From an uncultured Planctomycetia bacterium (GTDB taxonomy: Bacteria; Omnitrophota; Gorgyraeia; Duberdicusellales; 4484-171), in contig CAZVQU010000003.1 in NCBI GenBank assembly GCA_964629655.1, forward strand, positions 83,613 to 145,550: 61,938 nt of DNA. The letters run 5' to 3'. Shown here piece by piece: positions 25,743 to 35,694 of this stretch. Position numbers and translations under genes: made by a program. The notes beneath the pieces are model-generated. The model did no database searches. It was given only the letters and a program-made list of their open reading frames with translations, and was not told where the DNA came from. How positions within the stretch are numbered: position 1 is the stretch's first letter; every line of letters begins with the position of its first letter.

Positions 25743-27212
25743 GTGGATAATAGGTTCTTACGGCAGTTAAATATGGAAAAAAGTCTAGAAAAATATTTAA
25801 TAGAGGGTGCCAATGCTTTGAAGCAAGAGCTTTCCCTGGATAATCCCTATCGCGATATCGGTTTCGATGGTGAAAAGGGGCGATTAGGATGGTTTAAGAC
25901 TACTCCTTTCTCTCAAATAAAGGCATCCTTGGAAAGTGTCGTATCCTTGCTTGAGGGTAAGCGGAATTTTATCTTCGTCGGCATGGGAGGTTCAATAAAT
26001 GGCATAAAACCCCTTCTTGCTTTATTCAAGGGAAAACCCTTTTATACCGTAGATAATTTGGACCCGAAAGCAATTGCTGAGGTGGTAGATAGGATTGAGA
26101 GCCTTGAAGAGACAGCGGTCATTGCTATCTCTAAATCTGGCACTACTAAAGAGACCCAGCTTCTTTCTTTAACCTTAAGGGAGATATTTTCTAATCGTCT
26201 GGGCAAGGATTCCTGGATTAGCAATTTTCTATGGGTGAGTGACCCCGACTCTTTTGAAAAGCTTGATTCTTTAGGTTGGAAGGGGGCGAGTAAGGTGCCA
26301 ATACAATTTGATCAAGCCAGCGATATCGGAGGTAGATTTGCCGCACCGCACACGTTTATTTTTTTCCTCCCAATGTTTTTGCTGCTGAATAAGGATTTTG
26401 CTGAATTAAAAGATTGTTATGATTCTTTTGTGAAATTAAAGTCAAAAATTCATGAGAAGGCTTATCTAGCATCTTGTGATTGCAGGGACAGAAAAGATGC
26501 TTATTTCTCTCCAGTTATTGCCGGTGAGCTAAACGAGTCATTTTCTTCCTGGATAGTCCAGCTTTTCCAAGAGTCACTAGGCTCAAAGCTAAAAGATTTG
26601 CCAGTTAAAACCCTGACCAATGTAGCTGGAGATGAGATGTTCTTTCCCCTTGAATTAGGCTTAGAGGTTGACAACCCTTTAGTATCCTTAATTAGTCAGA
26701 TGTATTTTTTTCAAGTCTTCATCGCCTACTATTCTGCCCAGCGAAAAATTAATTTTGTCAGCCAAGGTTTTGTTGAGAAGTATAAGCAACAGATGCGTAT
26801 GTTGGAAGATAGGGGACAAAAAGCTAGGAGTGGCAAAGAAGTGAACTTAGAAGATGCCATTAGCGAAGTGAAAAAGCTTATTAAACCCGAGTATCGTTTC
26901 ATAGAGGTTGTTCTTTATTTTTACCCTAGCCCAGAAACAAGAGAATCAATACGAAAGGCTTTTAGTAGAAGCCTACCGGAGAGTCGAGTTTTAGTCTTCA
27001 TCGGGAGTGATTGGAATCATCAATCTTACCAGGCCGCATTTGGGAGTAAGGACACCTTTTATCTTTTGCTTACGGCATCTTCTTATGAGTTTGCCCTGGC
27101 AGATGTATCCAAAGCTACTTTGGCTAAGAATGTTGAAACACTTAAAGTAATTGCCGAGGCGACCCACCTGACTATTAAGGACAAATCTCTTCTTTTATCT
27201 TTTCAGGCCTAG
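25743..27212 (+). CDS. pgi: glucose-6-phosphate isomerase-like (SIS/PGI family)
   Basis: 'ISKSGTTKETQL' PGI signature and 'FVGMGGS'. The start is uncertain: GTG at 25743 or ATG at 25773. Confidence 0.55.
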   Translation: MDNRFLRQLNMEKSLEKYLIEGANALKQELSLDNPYRDIGFDGEKGRLGWFKTTPFSQIKASLESVVSLLEGKRNFIFVGMGGSINGIKPLLALFKGKPFYTVDNLDPKAIAEVVDRIESLEETAVIAISKSGTTKETQLLSLTLREIFSNRLGKDSWISNFLWVSDPDSFEKLDSLGWKGASKVPIQFDQASDIGGRFAAPHTFIFFLPMFLLLNKDFAELKDCYDSFVKLKSKIHEKAYLASCDCRDRKDAYFSPVIAGELNESFSSWIVQLFQESLGSKLKDLPVKTLTNVAGDEMFFPLELGLEVDNPLVSLISQMYFFQVFIAYYSAQRKINFVSQGFVEKYKQQMRMLEDRGQKARSGKEVNLEDAISEVKKLIKPEYRFIEVVLYFYPSPETRESIRKAFSRSLPESRVLVFIGSDWNHQSYQAAFGSKDTFYLLLTASSYEFALADVSKATLAKNVETLKVIAEATHLTIKDKSLLLSFQA

Positions 27213-27321
27213 ATTCCCTCGATTTCTAGAGACGCTTGAAAAAACAAGTGATTTGTGGTAATATTCATTCTTGTATAGAGTAATCTAAAGGTATTTCGAA
27301 GAGTAAAAAGGAGTAATTATT

Positions 27322-28269
27322 ATGGAGAGCGTTGTCCAAAACTTGAGAGAAAGAGCTAAAAAGAATCCTAAGGTAATTGTTTTTCCCGAGGCCAATGATG
27401 AGAGAGTCGTTGAGGCGGTAGAGCGCATTAAGAACGAAGGGATAGCCAAGCCTTTATTGCTTACCCAAGATAATCTTGAGCCGGAGAAACAGGAGGAATT
27501 TGCTAATCTTTTCTTTGAGCGTAAGCAAGTTAAAGGCGTTACCTTTGAGGAAGCTAGGGAGTTAATGGAGAATCCTCTTTGTTATGGAACAATGATGACT
27601 CGTTATGGCTACGCTGATGGTTTTGTTGCCGGGGCAAAGTTTACTACCTCTGCAGTAGTACGAACAGCACTTAATTGTCTAGAGGTTGATAAGGAAGCAA
27701 GGATTGTTTCAAGTTGTTTTATTATGGCAATTCCTAATTGCTCCCACGGTGAAAGAGGGGTTTTTGTATATGCTGATTGTGGGGTGATCCCCTATCCGAC
27801 TAGTGAGCAACTTGCCAATATTGCAATCTCTAGCGCCCAGTTTACTAAGGATGTTTTAGAAATCACTCCCAGAGTTGCTCTTTTGAGTTTTTCAACTAAG
27901 GCCAGCGCTGAGGGAAGGTGGGTCGACAAGATAAAAGAAGCAGTCGAGATAGCTAATGCTAAAAAGAGCGGATTTTTAATTGATGGAGAGTTACAAGGTG
28001 ATAGTGCATTGGTTCCGGAAATAGCTTCAAGAAAGTTAGGCGAGAGCGAAGTTGCTGGAAGAGCCAATGTTTTAATCTTCCCTAATTTAGATGCGGGCAA
28101 TATCTGCTATAAGTTGACTCAACGATTAGCTAAAGCCAGGGCTATTGGTCCGATAATCTTAGGGACAAAGCAGCCTTGCAGTGATCTTTCCCGTGGCTGT
28201 GATGTTGAGGATATTATTGATTGTACAGCTATTACAGTGATTAGAGCTCAAAAGAAAGAAGAGGCTTAA
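27322..28269 (+). CDS. pta: phosphate acetyltransferase (short PTA_PTB form)
   Basis: 'DGELQGDSALVPEIASRK' and 'ANVLIFPNLDAGNICYK'. It sits adjacent to ackA. Confidence 0.85.
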   Translation: MESVVQNLRERAKKNPKVIVFPEANDERVVEAVERIKNEGIAKPLLLTQDNLEPEKQEEFANLFFERKQVKGVTFEEARELMENPLCYGTMMTRYGYADGFVAGAKFTTSAVVRTALNCLEVDKEARIVSSCFIMAIPNCSHGERGVFVYADCGVIPYPTSEQLANIAISSAQFTKDVLEITPRVALLSFSTKASAEGRWVDKIKEAVEIANAKKSGFLIDGELQGDSALVPEIASRKLGESEVAGRANVLIFPNLDAGNICYKLTQRLAKARAIGPIILGTKQPCSDLSRGCDVEDIIDCTAITVIRAQKKEEA

Positions 28270-28296
28270 TAGAAAAAGAAGAGGCGATTCATTTTT

Positions 28297-29424
28297 ATGA
28301 GTTTAAAATCCAAAAAAAAGCCAGGCACAAAAGTCTTAGTTATAAATTGCGGTAGTTCCTCGATAAAATATAAACTTTATAATTTTCCGTCAAAAATCCT
28401 GCTTGTCAAGGGGGTCATTGAGAGGATTGGTGAGGAAAAGTCTCAAGTTAAAAACTATCGTCAGGGAGTAGAGGTTTTAGTAGCTAATATCCTAAAAAAA
28501 CGAGCTATCTCTGGTTTAAGTGAGATCTCAGCTATAGGTCATAGAGTTGTTCATGGAGGAGAAACTTTTACTCAGCCACATTTGATTGATCAAAGGGTAG
28601 TAGAGAAGATAAAAGAATGCGCCCCATTGGCACCATTGCATAACCCGGTAAATTTAGCCGGAATCGTTAGTTGCCGAAAAATATTTCCCCAGATACCACA
28701 GGTAGCTGTATTCGATACTGCCTTTCATCAGAGCATTCCTGAACATGCATTTATGTATCCTTTGCCAATCAGCTATTACAAGAGATATAAAATACGAAAA
28801 TATGGGTTTCATGGTACTTCTCATCAATTTGTAGCTGCCCAAGCAGGTAAAGTTTTGAAAAAGCCTCTGAACAAGCTAAAATTGATTACTTGTCATCTTG
28901 GAAATGGATGTAGTCTTACTGCTATTGATAGAGGCAGATCGATCGACACTTCAATGGGTTTTACTCCTCTTGAAGGATTAATGATGGGGACACGTTCCGG
29001 TGACATTGACGTAGCAGCAGTTTTTTATCTTATGAAGAAGGAAAAGCTAACACCTATTGAGATGGGTGAGATTTTGAACAAGAAGAGCGGAATTTTAGGA
29101 ATATCAGGCTTAAGCAATGATTTTCGTACTTTGAAGAAGGCTGTTAAGAGCGGAAACCGCCGGGCTAAGTTAGCCTACGACATGTTTATCTATAGGCTTA
29201 AAAAATATATTGGTGCATACTATTTTATTCTTGGTCGACCAGATGCTGTATGTATTACCGGCGGCATTGGTGAACATTCTGGCAAACTAGTCAATATTAT
29301 AAAGAGGGATGTTTTAAAGGTTTGTGACGGCAGGACAAAGGTTTTGATTATCCCTACTGATGAGGAGTTAATGATTGCTAATCTAACCTATGAGTTGATA
29401 AAAAGAAAGAGGAGTAAGCAATGA
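28297..29424 (+). CDS. ackA: acetate kinase
   Basis: 'VLVINCGSSSIKYKLY', 'GHRVVHGG' and 'FHGTSH'. Confidence 0.9.
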   Translation: MSLKSKKKPGTKVLVINCGSSSIKYKLYNFPSKILLVKGVIERIGEEKSQVKNYRQGVEVLVANILKKRAISGLSEISAIGHRVVHGGETFTQPHLIDQRVVEKIKECAPLAPLHNPVNLAGIVSCRKIFPQIPQVAVFDTAFHQSIPEHAFMYPLPISYYKRYKIRKYGFHGTSHQFVAAQAGKVLKKPLNKLKLITCHLGNGCSLTAIDRGRSIDTSMGFTPLEGLMMGTRSGDIDVAAVFYLMKKEKLTPIEMGEILNKKSGILGISGLSNDFRTLKKAVKSGNRRAKLAYDMFIYRLKKYIGAYYFILGRPDAVCITGGIGEHSGKLVNIIKRDVLKVCDGRTKVLIIPTDEELMIANLTYELIKRKRSKQ

Positions 29425-29783
29425 TGAGAATAATGCTTAAGTCAAAGATTCATTACGCAACTATAAGTGATTTACAGCTTTATTATAAAGGAAGTATAAC
29501 CATAGATGAGAGCTTAATGGAAGCAGCCGATTTAAAAGAGGGAGAAAGAGTAGATGTTTTAAATCTCAACAATGGCGTACGCTTGCAGACCTATGTCATT
29601 AAGGGAGGCAAGGGTAGCGGCGCAATTTGCCTTAATGGCCCGGCAGCTCGTTTAGGATTTAAAGGGGACAAAATAGTGATTATATCTTATGGATTGTACC
29701 AAGCAGAAGAACTAAAAAATTTGAAGGGAAAGTGCGTAGAGTTAGATGAGCAAAACAAAATTAAGAATATACGCTTGGCCTGA
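29421..29783 (+). CDS. panD: aspartate 1-decarboxylase (pyruvoyl)
   Basis: 'MLKSKIHYATISDLQLYYKGSITID' parallels E. coli '[25 protein letters not shown]', including the G-S self-cleavage site. Confidence 0.9.
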   Translation: MMRIMLKSKIHYATISDLQLYYKGSITIDESLMEAADLKEGERVDVLNLNNGVRLQTYVIKGGKGSGAICLNGPAARLGFKGDKIVIISYGLYQAEELKNLKGKCVELDEQNKIKNIRLA

Positions 29784-30270
29784 AGGTATTTTACGGAAAA
29801 GGTGTCAGAAAGTAGGTAAAGTAGATGAAAAGGTGAGGTGTCTGCTTGATCAGATGCTTTCTCTTATGCGGGTTAGCGGTGGTGCTGGTTTAGCCGGAAA
29901 TCAAGCCGGCCTAGATTTAAGCCTGATTGTAATTGAAGTCGAAAACCACATTTTTAAATTAGTTAATCCAGAAATTGTAAAAAGAGAAGGTTCGGTAAGT
30001 TTCCCTGAGGGGTGTTTAAGCTTTCCCGGGTTAGAACTTGAAGTAAAGAGAAATAGCAAGGTTTGGGTCTCAGCCCTTAATGAGCAAGGAAAAGCGGTAG
30101 AGATAGAAGCTGAGGGTTTTTTAGCAGTTATTTTTCAACATGAGATTGATCATATTGAGGGAACTGTTTTCACCGATAGAGTCTCTTTTTGGAAGAGAGC
30201 AAAGGTTTACCCGAAATTACGAGAAATCATTCGGAGGACAAAAGATGAAGTGCGAAAACAAAAACAGTAA
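29746..30270 (+). CDS. def: peptide deformylase
   Basis: 'GAGLAGNQ', 'EGCLSFPG' and 'QHEIDHIEG'. Confidence 0.9.
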   Translation: MSKTKLRIYAWPEGILRKRCQKVGKVDEKVRCLLDQMLSLMRVSGGAGLAGNQAGLDLSLIVIEVENHIFKLVNPEIVKREGSVSFPEGCLSFPGLELEVKRNSKVWVSALNEQGKAVEIEAEGFLAVIFQHEIDHIEGTVFTDRVSFWKRAKVYPKLREIIRRTKDEVRKQKQ

Positions 30271-30445
30271 TATTAATTTTTGTACCTGTACCTACCCTTC
30301 ATGTTCGAGAAAAGGGGCCTGTTGCGAGTGTTTGCGTTACCATTTATCTAACAATGAACTTCCCGGTTGTTTATTCCCTCCGGAGGCAGAAGCAACCTAC
30401 GATCGTTCTGTAAAGAATTATCTTTCTGTCTGCAAGAAAAAATGA
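30245..30445 (+). CDS. small Cys-rich protein (66 aa)
   Basis: MKCENKNSNINFCTCTYPSCSRKGACCECLRYHLSNNELPGCLF has 8 Cys. The ATG at 30245 lies inside the def 3' end, and the stop TGA overlaps the trxB ATG (ATGA). Confidence 0.5.
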   Translation: MKCENKNSNINFCTCTYPSCSRKGACCECLRYHLSNNELPGCLFPPEAEATYDRSVKNYLSVCKKK

Positions 30446-31371
30446 AAAAAGAAATCGAATTAGCTATAATCGGTGCTGGTATCGCTGGGGTAGCTGCGGC
30501 TGTTTACGCTAAACGTGCCGGATTAGAATTCTCTATTTTTGAAGCCAAGGGCGTTGGTGGGCAATTGCTGTTAATGGAAGGAATCGATAACTATATCGGC
30601 CTAAAAACTGGCACCAACGGTAGAGAGTTAGCCCAAAATCTGGCCAAGACCTTAGAGGAGCTAAAAATCGATATTACTAGCCAAGAAATTTCAAAAGTTG
30701 AGCTGGAGGGCGAAAGGGTCATTTTACATACATCGGAGTGTGTTTATTCTGCCAAGGGAGTTATTATTGCGACTGGGGCAAATTTTGCAAAATTGGGATT
30801 TGAAGGGGAAGTTGAATTCCTCGGTAAAGGCGTATCTTATTGCGCCGTTTGTGACGGTTTCTTCTTTAAAGGTAAAGATCTGGTTGTTGTCGGTGGCGGA
30901 AATACCGCCGTAGAGGAAGCCTTATACCTTGCTGAGATTGCAAAGAAAGTTACCTTAGTCCACCGACGCAATGAATTGCGGGCTATGGAGTATTTAAAAA
31001 AGCAGCTCTTGGCCAGAGATAATATTCAGGTTGTCTTTGATAGTGTAGTCGAAGAAGCAAAAGGGGATAATTTTCTTAAAGAAGTAGTTATCAAGAGAAC
31101 CAAAGATGGGAAGAGCCAAACTTTATTCGCAGCAGGATTGTTTGTGGCAATTGGCATTCAACCTAATACTGGAATGTTTAAGGATATAGTTTCGCAGGAG
31201 AAGGGTTTTGTTGCTACGAATGAGGAGATGCAGAGTTCAGTTGACTTTATCTGGGCTTGTGGTGACTGTCGCAGGAGGCCATTGAAACAACTAATAACTG
31301 CCGCCTCCGAAGGTGCGATTGCAGCACTGAGTGCTTATAAGTATTTTAAAGGGCACTATATAAGTGTTTAG
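30442..31371 (+). CDS. trxB: thioredoxin-disulfide reductase
   Basis: 'IIGAGIAGVAAAVYA', redox 'CAVCDG' and 'GGGNTAVEEALYL'. I chose the ATG at 30442 over the ORF-track start at 30367. Confidence 0.9.
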   Translation: MKKEIELAIIGAGIAGVAAAVYAKRAGLEFSIFEAKGVGGQLLLMEGIDNYIGLKTGTNGRELAQNLAKTLEELKIDITSQEISKVELEGERVILHTSECVYSAKGVIIATGANFAKLGFEGEVEFLGKGVSYCAVCDGFFFKGKDLVVVGGGNTAVEEALYLAEIAKKVTLVHRRNELRAMEYLKKQLLARDNIQVVFDSVVEEAKGDNFLKEVVIKRTKDGKSQTLFAAGLFVAIGIQPNTGMFKDIVSQEKGFVATNEEMQSSVDFIWACGDCRRRPLKQLITAASEGAIAALSAYKYFKGHYISV

Positions 31372-31379
31372 GAGTAAGC

Positions 31380-32345
31380 GTGAAGGGAAAGAAATTTCTT
31401 CTATTTAGGCTTTTAGCAACCGCAGCAATTCTAGTCGCCATTTTTAAATTCGTTCCTTACGAAAGATTAGTGTCGGTTTATAAAGATTCTAAGAAAGGTT
31501 ATCTTGTTCTTGGTTTTTTTATCTTCGTTCTTTGCCAAACAATTGGTGTATTTCGTTGGAGATTCCTGCTTTCTTCATTAGGAATTAATATTTCTACTCG
31601 TGAAGCATTCTATTCATACCTTTGCGGTCTTTTCTTGAATCTTTTTTTTCCTTCATTTGTTGCCGGTGACGTGTTCAGGAGTTTTTGCATATCTCGTCGC
31701 CATGGCGATACTGGCAAGGTTGCTTCGTCAGTGCTTATGGATAGGTTTAGCGGTGCGATCGCACTTACCATAGTCGCTCTGTTTGCTTTTATTTTTGGTA
31801 GAAGCATTGTGCCAAACGAAGGTGTTGTTATCGCGTTGTTTTTTCTTTGCGTAATTGCCGGATTTTCGTCTCTAGCTATATTTAGTAAATCTTTCTTCCG
31901 GTTTTTGGCTAGAGTATTTAAGAAGAAGCCACGTTTCGAAAAAAAACTAATATCTTTCCATGATAAACTATATTTTTTCAGAACTAACCCCAAAGTTTTT
32001 GCTAAAAGTTTCCTTTTTTCCTTACCGATCCAACTTCTTTTACCGACAGCTTTTTTTGTTATATCTCGGGCATTTGGTGTAAGCTTAGGTGCTATTTATT
32101 TCTTTATTGTGATTCCAATCGTTGCAGCAATTTCTCTTATTCCAATCACAATTGCTGGAGCCGGCACAAGGGAAGCCTCAGCGGTTTACTTCTTTTCTCT
32201 AGTCGGGATTGAAAAGAGCATTGGTTTGGGCATTTCCCTGCTTAATCTAGTTTTCTTAATATCTATGGGTATTATCGGGGGAATATTTTATGTTATCGTG
32301 TATCATAAATGGCTTCAGTCTCATCCGCCGCTTAACAAACCCTAA
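31380..32345 (+). CDS. UPF0104 / lysylphosphatidylglycerol-synthase-TM-like (flippase-like) membrane protein
   Basis: Polytopic membrane protein with 'FFPSFVAGDVFRS' and 'ITIAGAGTREA' as I recall for this family. Confidence 0.55.
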   Translation: MKGKKFLLFRLLATAAILVAIFKFVPYERLVSVYKDSKKGYLVLGFFIFVLCQTIGVFRWRFLLSSLGINISTREAFYSYLCGLFLNLFFPSFVAGDVFRSFCISRRHGDTGKVASSVLMDRFSGAIALTIVALFAFIFGRSIVPNEGVVIALFFLCVIAGFSSLAIFSKSFFRFLARVFKKKPRFEKKLISFHDKLYFFRTNPKVFAKSFLFSLPIQLLLPTAFFVISRAFGVSLGAIYFFIVIPIVAAISLIPITIAGAGTREASAVYFFSLVGIEKSIGLGISLLNLVFLISMGIIGGIFYVIVYHKWLQSHPPLNKP

Positions 32346-32360
32346 AAATTAAATAAAAAG

Positions 32361-33122
32361 ATGGATTTCATAGAGTTTTTAGGTACTGCCGGAGCGCGTT
32401 TCGTAGTAATGAAACAGCTGCGTTCATCAGGAGGAATTTGGTTGAGATATAAGGAAACCAACATCCTTATTGATCCTGGTCCAGGCAGCCTGGTTAAGTG
32501 CTGTAGTAGCCAAGGAAAACTTAACCCTGAAAGTTTAGACGCTATCATCTTGACTCACAAGCATTTAGATCATAGCAACGATGTGAATGCGATGATTGAA
32601 GCCATGACTGAGGGCGGGTTTAAAAAGAAGGGTGTGGTGTTTGTTCCTTCGGATGCTTTGGGTGAGGAGGGGGTAATTTATTCTTACCTTAGAAGCCATC
32701 CTAGGAAAGTTACAATTTTAAAGGAAGGGGAGTTTAAGGTAAAGGATGTGAATTTTAAAATTCCCATTAAGAATCTTCATTCAGTTGAAACTTATGGGCT
32801 AAAATTTTATTTGGGGACGGAAGTAATCTCTTTTATTTCTGATACCAGGTATTTCGATAATTTAATCAATCTTTATAAAGATTCTACGATTCTTGTGCTC
32901 AATGTAGTTTTTTACAAAAGATGCGATAAGTTTGAGCATCTGTGCTTAGAAGATGCGATAAAGATTATTAAGAACATTAAGCCTAAAAAAGCAATTTTAA
33001 CCCACTTTGGCATGACCATGCTAAAGCAGAATCCGCATCTTTTAGAAGGGGAGCTAAATAAAGAGCTTAGTCAAGATATACAGTTTGCTCACGACGGTCT
33101 TACTCTTGAGTTCGCTGCTTAA
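32361..33122 (+). CDS. MBL-fold metallo-hydrolase
   Basis: 'LTHKHLDHSND' is the HxHxDH motif. Confidence 0.75.
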   Translation: MDFIEFLGTAGARFVVMKQLRSSGGIWLRYKETNILIDPGPGSLVKCCSSQGKLNPESLDAIILTHKHLDHSNDVNAMIEAMTEGGFKKKGVVFVPSDALGEEGVIYSYLRSHPRKVTILKEGEFKVKDVNFKIPIKNLHSVETYGLKFYLGTEVISFISDTRYFDNLINLYKDSTILVLNVVFYKRCDKFEHLCLEDAIKIIKNIKPKKAILTHFGMTMLKQNPHLLEGELNKELSQDIQFAHDGLTLEFAA

Positions 33123-33129
33123 AAATAAA

Positions 33130-33157
33130 TTGACATATCAAGGTTTATAGTTACAAT
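33130..33157 (+). promoter_or_regulatory. sigma70-like promoter of tRNA-Glu
   Basis: TTGACA (33130-33135), 16-nt spacer, TACAAT (33152-33157), 12 nt upstream of the tRNA 5' end. Confidence 0.6.
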
Positions 33158-33169
33158 TATAGAAAATAT

Positions 33170-33244
33170 GGCCCCATCGTCTAGCACGGCCTAGGACACA
33201 TGGTTCTCAGCCATGAGACACGAGTTCAAATCTCGTTGGGGCTA
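33170..33244 (+). tRNA. tRNA-Glu (anticodon CTC)
   Basis: 75-nt cloverleaf folded by hand. Acceptor GGCCCCA/TGGGGCT has a G1-U72 wobble, and the D arm is GTCT/GGAC. The anticodon stem CATGG/CCATG carries the loop TTCTCAG. The T arm is ACGAG-TTCAAAT-CTCGT. No CCA is encoded. Confidence 0.9.
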
Positions 33245-33257
33245 CTTTTGTTATAAG

Positions 33258-33734
33258 ATGCAGCATTCATTTAAAGTCGGACTTAGCTTTGGCATAACCT
33301 CAGGAATAATTACAACCCTGGGGTTGATGGTCGGCCTGCATTCCGGTACCCGTTCAAGGCTTGCAGTTATCGGAGGCATATTAATTATCGCTATAGCCGA
33401 TGCCTTTTCTGATGCTTTAGGAATACATGTTGCTGAAGAATTTGAGAACCGGCACACTACTAAACAGATTTGGGCATCAACGATATCAACTTTTTTTTCA
33501 AAGTTTGCTTTTTCTCTAACTTTTGTTGTCCCAGTCTTGTTGCTAGAACTTTCAACTGCTATCATGGTAAGCATAACCTGGGGATTTTTGATGCTGGCCA
33601 TACTCAGCTACCGAATATCTAAGGAGCAAAACGCAAGCCCTTGGAAGGTAATCGGCGAACACCTTTTAATTGCTTCAATAGTTATAACTTCAACTCATTA
33701 TCTTGGAGATTGGGTCGCATTGAAGTGTGGCTGA
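33258..33734 (+). CDS. small polytopic membrane protein (possibly VIT1/CCC1-like)
   Basis: Four to five hydrophobic helices and 'AIADAFSDALGIHVAEE'. I moved the start to the Met at 33258 because the ORF-track start overlaps the tRNA. Confidence 0.4.
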   Translation: MQHSFKVGLSFGITSGIITTLGLMVGLHSGTRSRLAVIGGILIIAIADAFSDALGIHVAEEFENRHTTKQIWASTISTFFSKFAFSLTFVVPVLLLELSTAIMVSITWGFLMLAILSYRISKEQNASPWKVIGEHLLIASIVITSTHYLGDWVALKCG

Positions 33735-33742
33735 GGAGCTAT

Positions 33743-34405
33743 TTAAGGGCTGCGGAGTTTTTCGCGACAATTAGTTATGATATCTCTTAACATCTTGATT
33801 TGACCGGAAGTTTTTCCTCTTCCGGTGAGGGCTCTCTGAGCTTTGCTTATTATCTTTCTGTAAGTAGATTTACTCCCCGTTGTCTTAAAAGCCTGTCGAT
33901 ATTCTCGCACTATCTCATCATACAAACTGTTTGATTCCTTTGATGCCGTCTTTGGCGCTCTCGGTTTTCCAGTGCCCTTAAGTGCAATTACAATTGTTCC
34001 TTCGTTTTGGAGTTGTTGAGGTTCCGCTACGGCTTCGATAATTATATCTTGCTCAGGTTCGTGAATGGTCTCTTTTGTAACGATTTCCGGTGTTTCAATA
34101 ACCGGTGCTTCTTTGGCAGAGGATTCTAGTGGGGCTTCGTGTTTTTTTTCTTTGAATTTGGAGACTAATTCATTAATGGGGTTTATGAGGAAATAACCTC
34201 CGCCGATAAGGATGAGTATTAATAGCAGTTTACCAAGCTTCAAACTTCCTATTGAAGCGCTAGTTTTGTTTACCTTGCTAATAGAAAAAACTAAATATCC
34301 CTGTTTATGAAAGCGTCTTCTCAGGGTCTCTTCGGAGTCTGCTTTAACAGTACCTTTTAGGACTTTTTTTAATTTATCTCTAACAACATACGAAAATAGT
34401 GGCAT
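33743..34405 (-). CDS. hypothetical protein: GspF/PilC-N-terminal-like segment plus one TM helix
   Basis: It is the only minus-strand gene in the core block. 'MPLFSYVVRDKLKKVLKGTVKADSEETLRRRFHKQGYLVFSI' resembles the start of T2SS/T4P platform proteins. A TM helix 'LLLILILIGGGYFLI' follows. Confidence 0.4.
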   Translation of the reverse strand: MPLFSYVVRDKLKKVLKGTVKADSEETLRRRFHKQGYLVFSISKVNKTSASIGSLKLGKLLLILILIGGGYFLINPINELVSKFKEKKHEAPLESSAKEAPVIETPEIVTKETIHEPEQDIIIEAVAEPQQLQNEGTIVIALKGTGKPRAPKTASKESNSLYDEIVREYRQAFKTTGSKSTYRKIISKAQRALTGRGKTSGQIKMLRDIITNCREKLRSP

Positions 34406-34568
34406 TACTTCTTCTCCGAGCTTATTTTCCTTACCTTTAGCCTACCATACATTTAGAAAGAGTCAATATTTTAAAGGTTTATTCTAATTTTTGCATAGTT
34501 TTTCCCTAAAATGATACCGGGGGCTTAATTTGCTTTAATTTCCTTAGAGTTATGGTATAATTTAGGCT

Positions 34569-35324
34569 ATGTTAGCAAGAAGAATTATTCCATGCTTAGA
34601 TATCAATAAGGGAAGGGTAGTAAAAGGGGTTAATTTCGTTAATCTGCGGGATGCTGGCGATCCGATAAGGAATGCTAAATTTTACGAGAACCAAGGTGCA
34701 GATGAGTTGGTTTTCTTAGATATTACTGCTAGCGTAGAGAGACGGTCCACAACTATTGATCTGGTTAAAAGGATTTCTCAGGTTGTATTTATGCCTTTTA
34801 CTGTCGGAGGCGGAGTAAGCTCGGTCGCAGATATACGCAAATTACTTTTGGCTGGAGCAGAAAAAGTGTCATTGAATACTGCTGCTGTGAAAAATCCTCA
34901 ATTGCTCAAGGAGGCTTCAAGGGTTTTCGGGAGTCAGTGTGTAGTCGTGGCTATTGATGCAAAATCAAAGGGAAGTGGTTGGGAAGTTTACATTAACGGC
35001 GGGAGGACACCAACTGGCTTGGATGCTTTGAAGTGGGCGCGGAAAGCAGAGGAATTAGGCGCTGGTGAGATTCTCCTTACCAGCATGGATTATGATGGCA
35101 CTAAGGATGGATTTGATATAAAATTAACTAAGGCAATATCCGAGGCGGTGAAGATACCGGTGATTGCTTCTGGAGGAGCTGGTAAACTCAAGGATTTTCT
35201 TGATGTTTTCAAAAAGACCAAGGCTACCGCTGGATTAGCAGCCTCGATATTTCACTATCGACAAATCAGCATCAAAAGGATAAAAGATTATCTCAATAAA
35301 AAGGGAATTGAGGTGAGGGTATGA
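34569..35324 (+). CDS. hisF: imidazole glycerol phosphate synthase cyclase subunit
   Basis: '[16 protein letters not shown]', 'TVGGGV' and 'ASGGAG'. Confidence 0.9.
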   Translation: MLARRIIPCLDINKGRVVKGVNFVNLRDAGDPIRNAKFYENQGADELVFLDITASVERRSTTIDLVKRISQVVFMPFTVGGGVSSVADIRKLLLAGAEKVSLNTAAVKNPQLLKEASRVFGSQCVVVAIDAKSKGSGWEVYINGGRTPTGLDALKWARKAEELGAGEILLTSMDYDGTKDGFDIKLTKAISEAVKIPVIASGGAGKLKDFLDVFKKTKATAGLAASIFHYRQISIKRIKDYLNKKGIEVRV

Positions 35325-35689
35325 AGGAAAAAATAAAAAGAAAAAAGTCAGAGGGGAAGAAGAAAAAGACAGTAAGAATTCCTAGCTTAAAGTTTGACCA
35401 GAACGGGCTTATCCCGGCAATCGTCCAAGACGATAAAACCGGAGACGTTTTAATGGTTGCTTACATGAATAGAAATTCTTTAAAAATTACCTTAGACGAG
35501 AAGAGAACCTGTTTTTACTCCCGCTCTCGAAAGATTTTTTGGCGTAAGGGTGAAACCAGTGGGTGTACTCAAAAGGTAAAGAAGGTGTACTATGATTGCG
35601 ATAAAGACGCTTTATTAATAAGGGTAACTCAGAAAGGTGTTGCTTGCCACACAGGCGAGTGGAGTTGTTTTTTTCGAAGGTTAGTTTAA
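35321..35689 (+). CDS. hisI: phosphoribosyl-AMP cyclohydrolase
   Basis: 'GLIPAIVQD', '[17 protein letters not shown]', 'DCDKDALL' and '[10 protein letters not shown]'. Confidence 0.85.
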   Translation: MKEKIKRKKSEGKKKKTVRIPSLKFDQNGLIPAIVQDDKTGDVLMVAYMNRNSLKITLDEKRTCFYSRSRKIFWRKGETSGCTQKVKKVYYDCDKDALLIRVTQKGVACHTGEWSCFFRRLV

Positions 35690-35694
35690 AATAT

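Noticed and set aside
30140-30441. Long N-terminal extensions of the Cys-rich ORF (from 30140) and of trxB (from 30367)
   Set aside because: Both extensions lie in alternate frames of def or of the Cys-rich ORF and have no family-like sequence. The internal ATGs give canonical N-termini, such as MKKEIELAIIGAGIAG for TrxB.
33213-33257. Upstream extension of the membrane-protein ORF (start at 33213)
   Set aside because: It would overlap the 3' half of tRNA-Glu. The internal Met at 33258 begins the hydrophobic protein proper.
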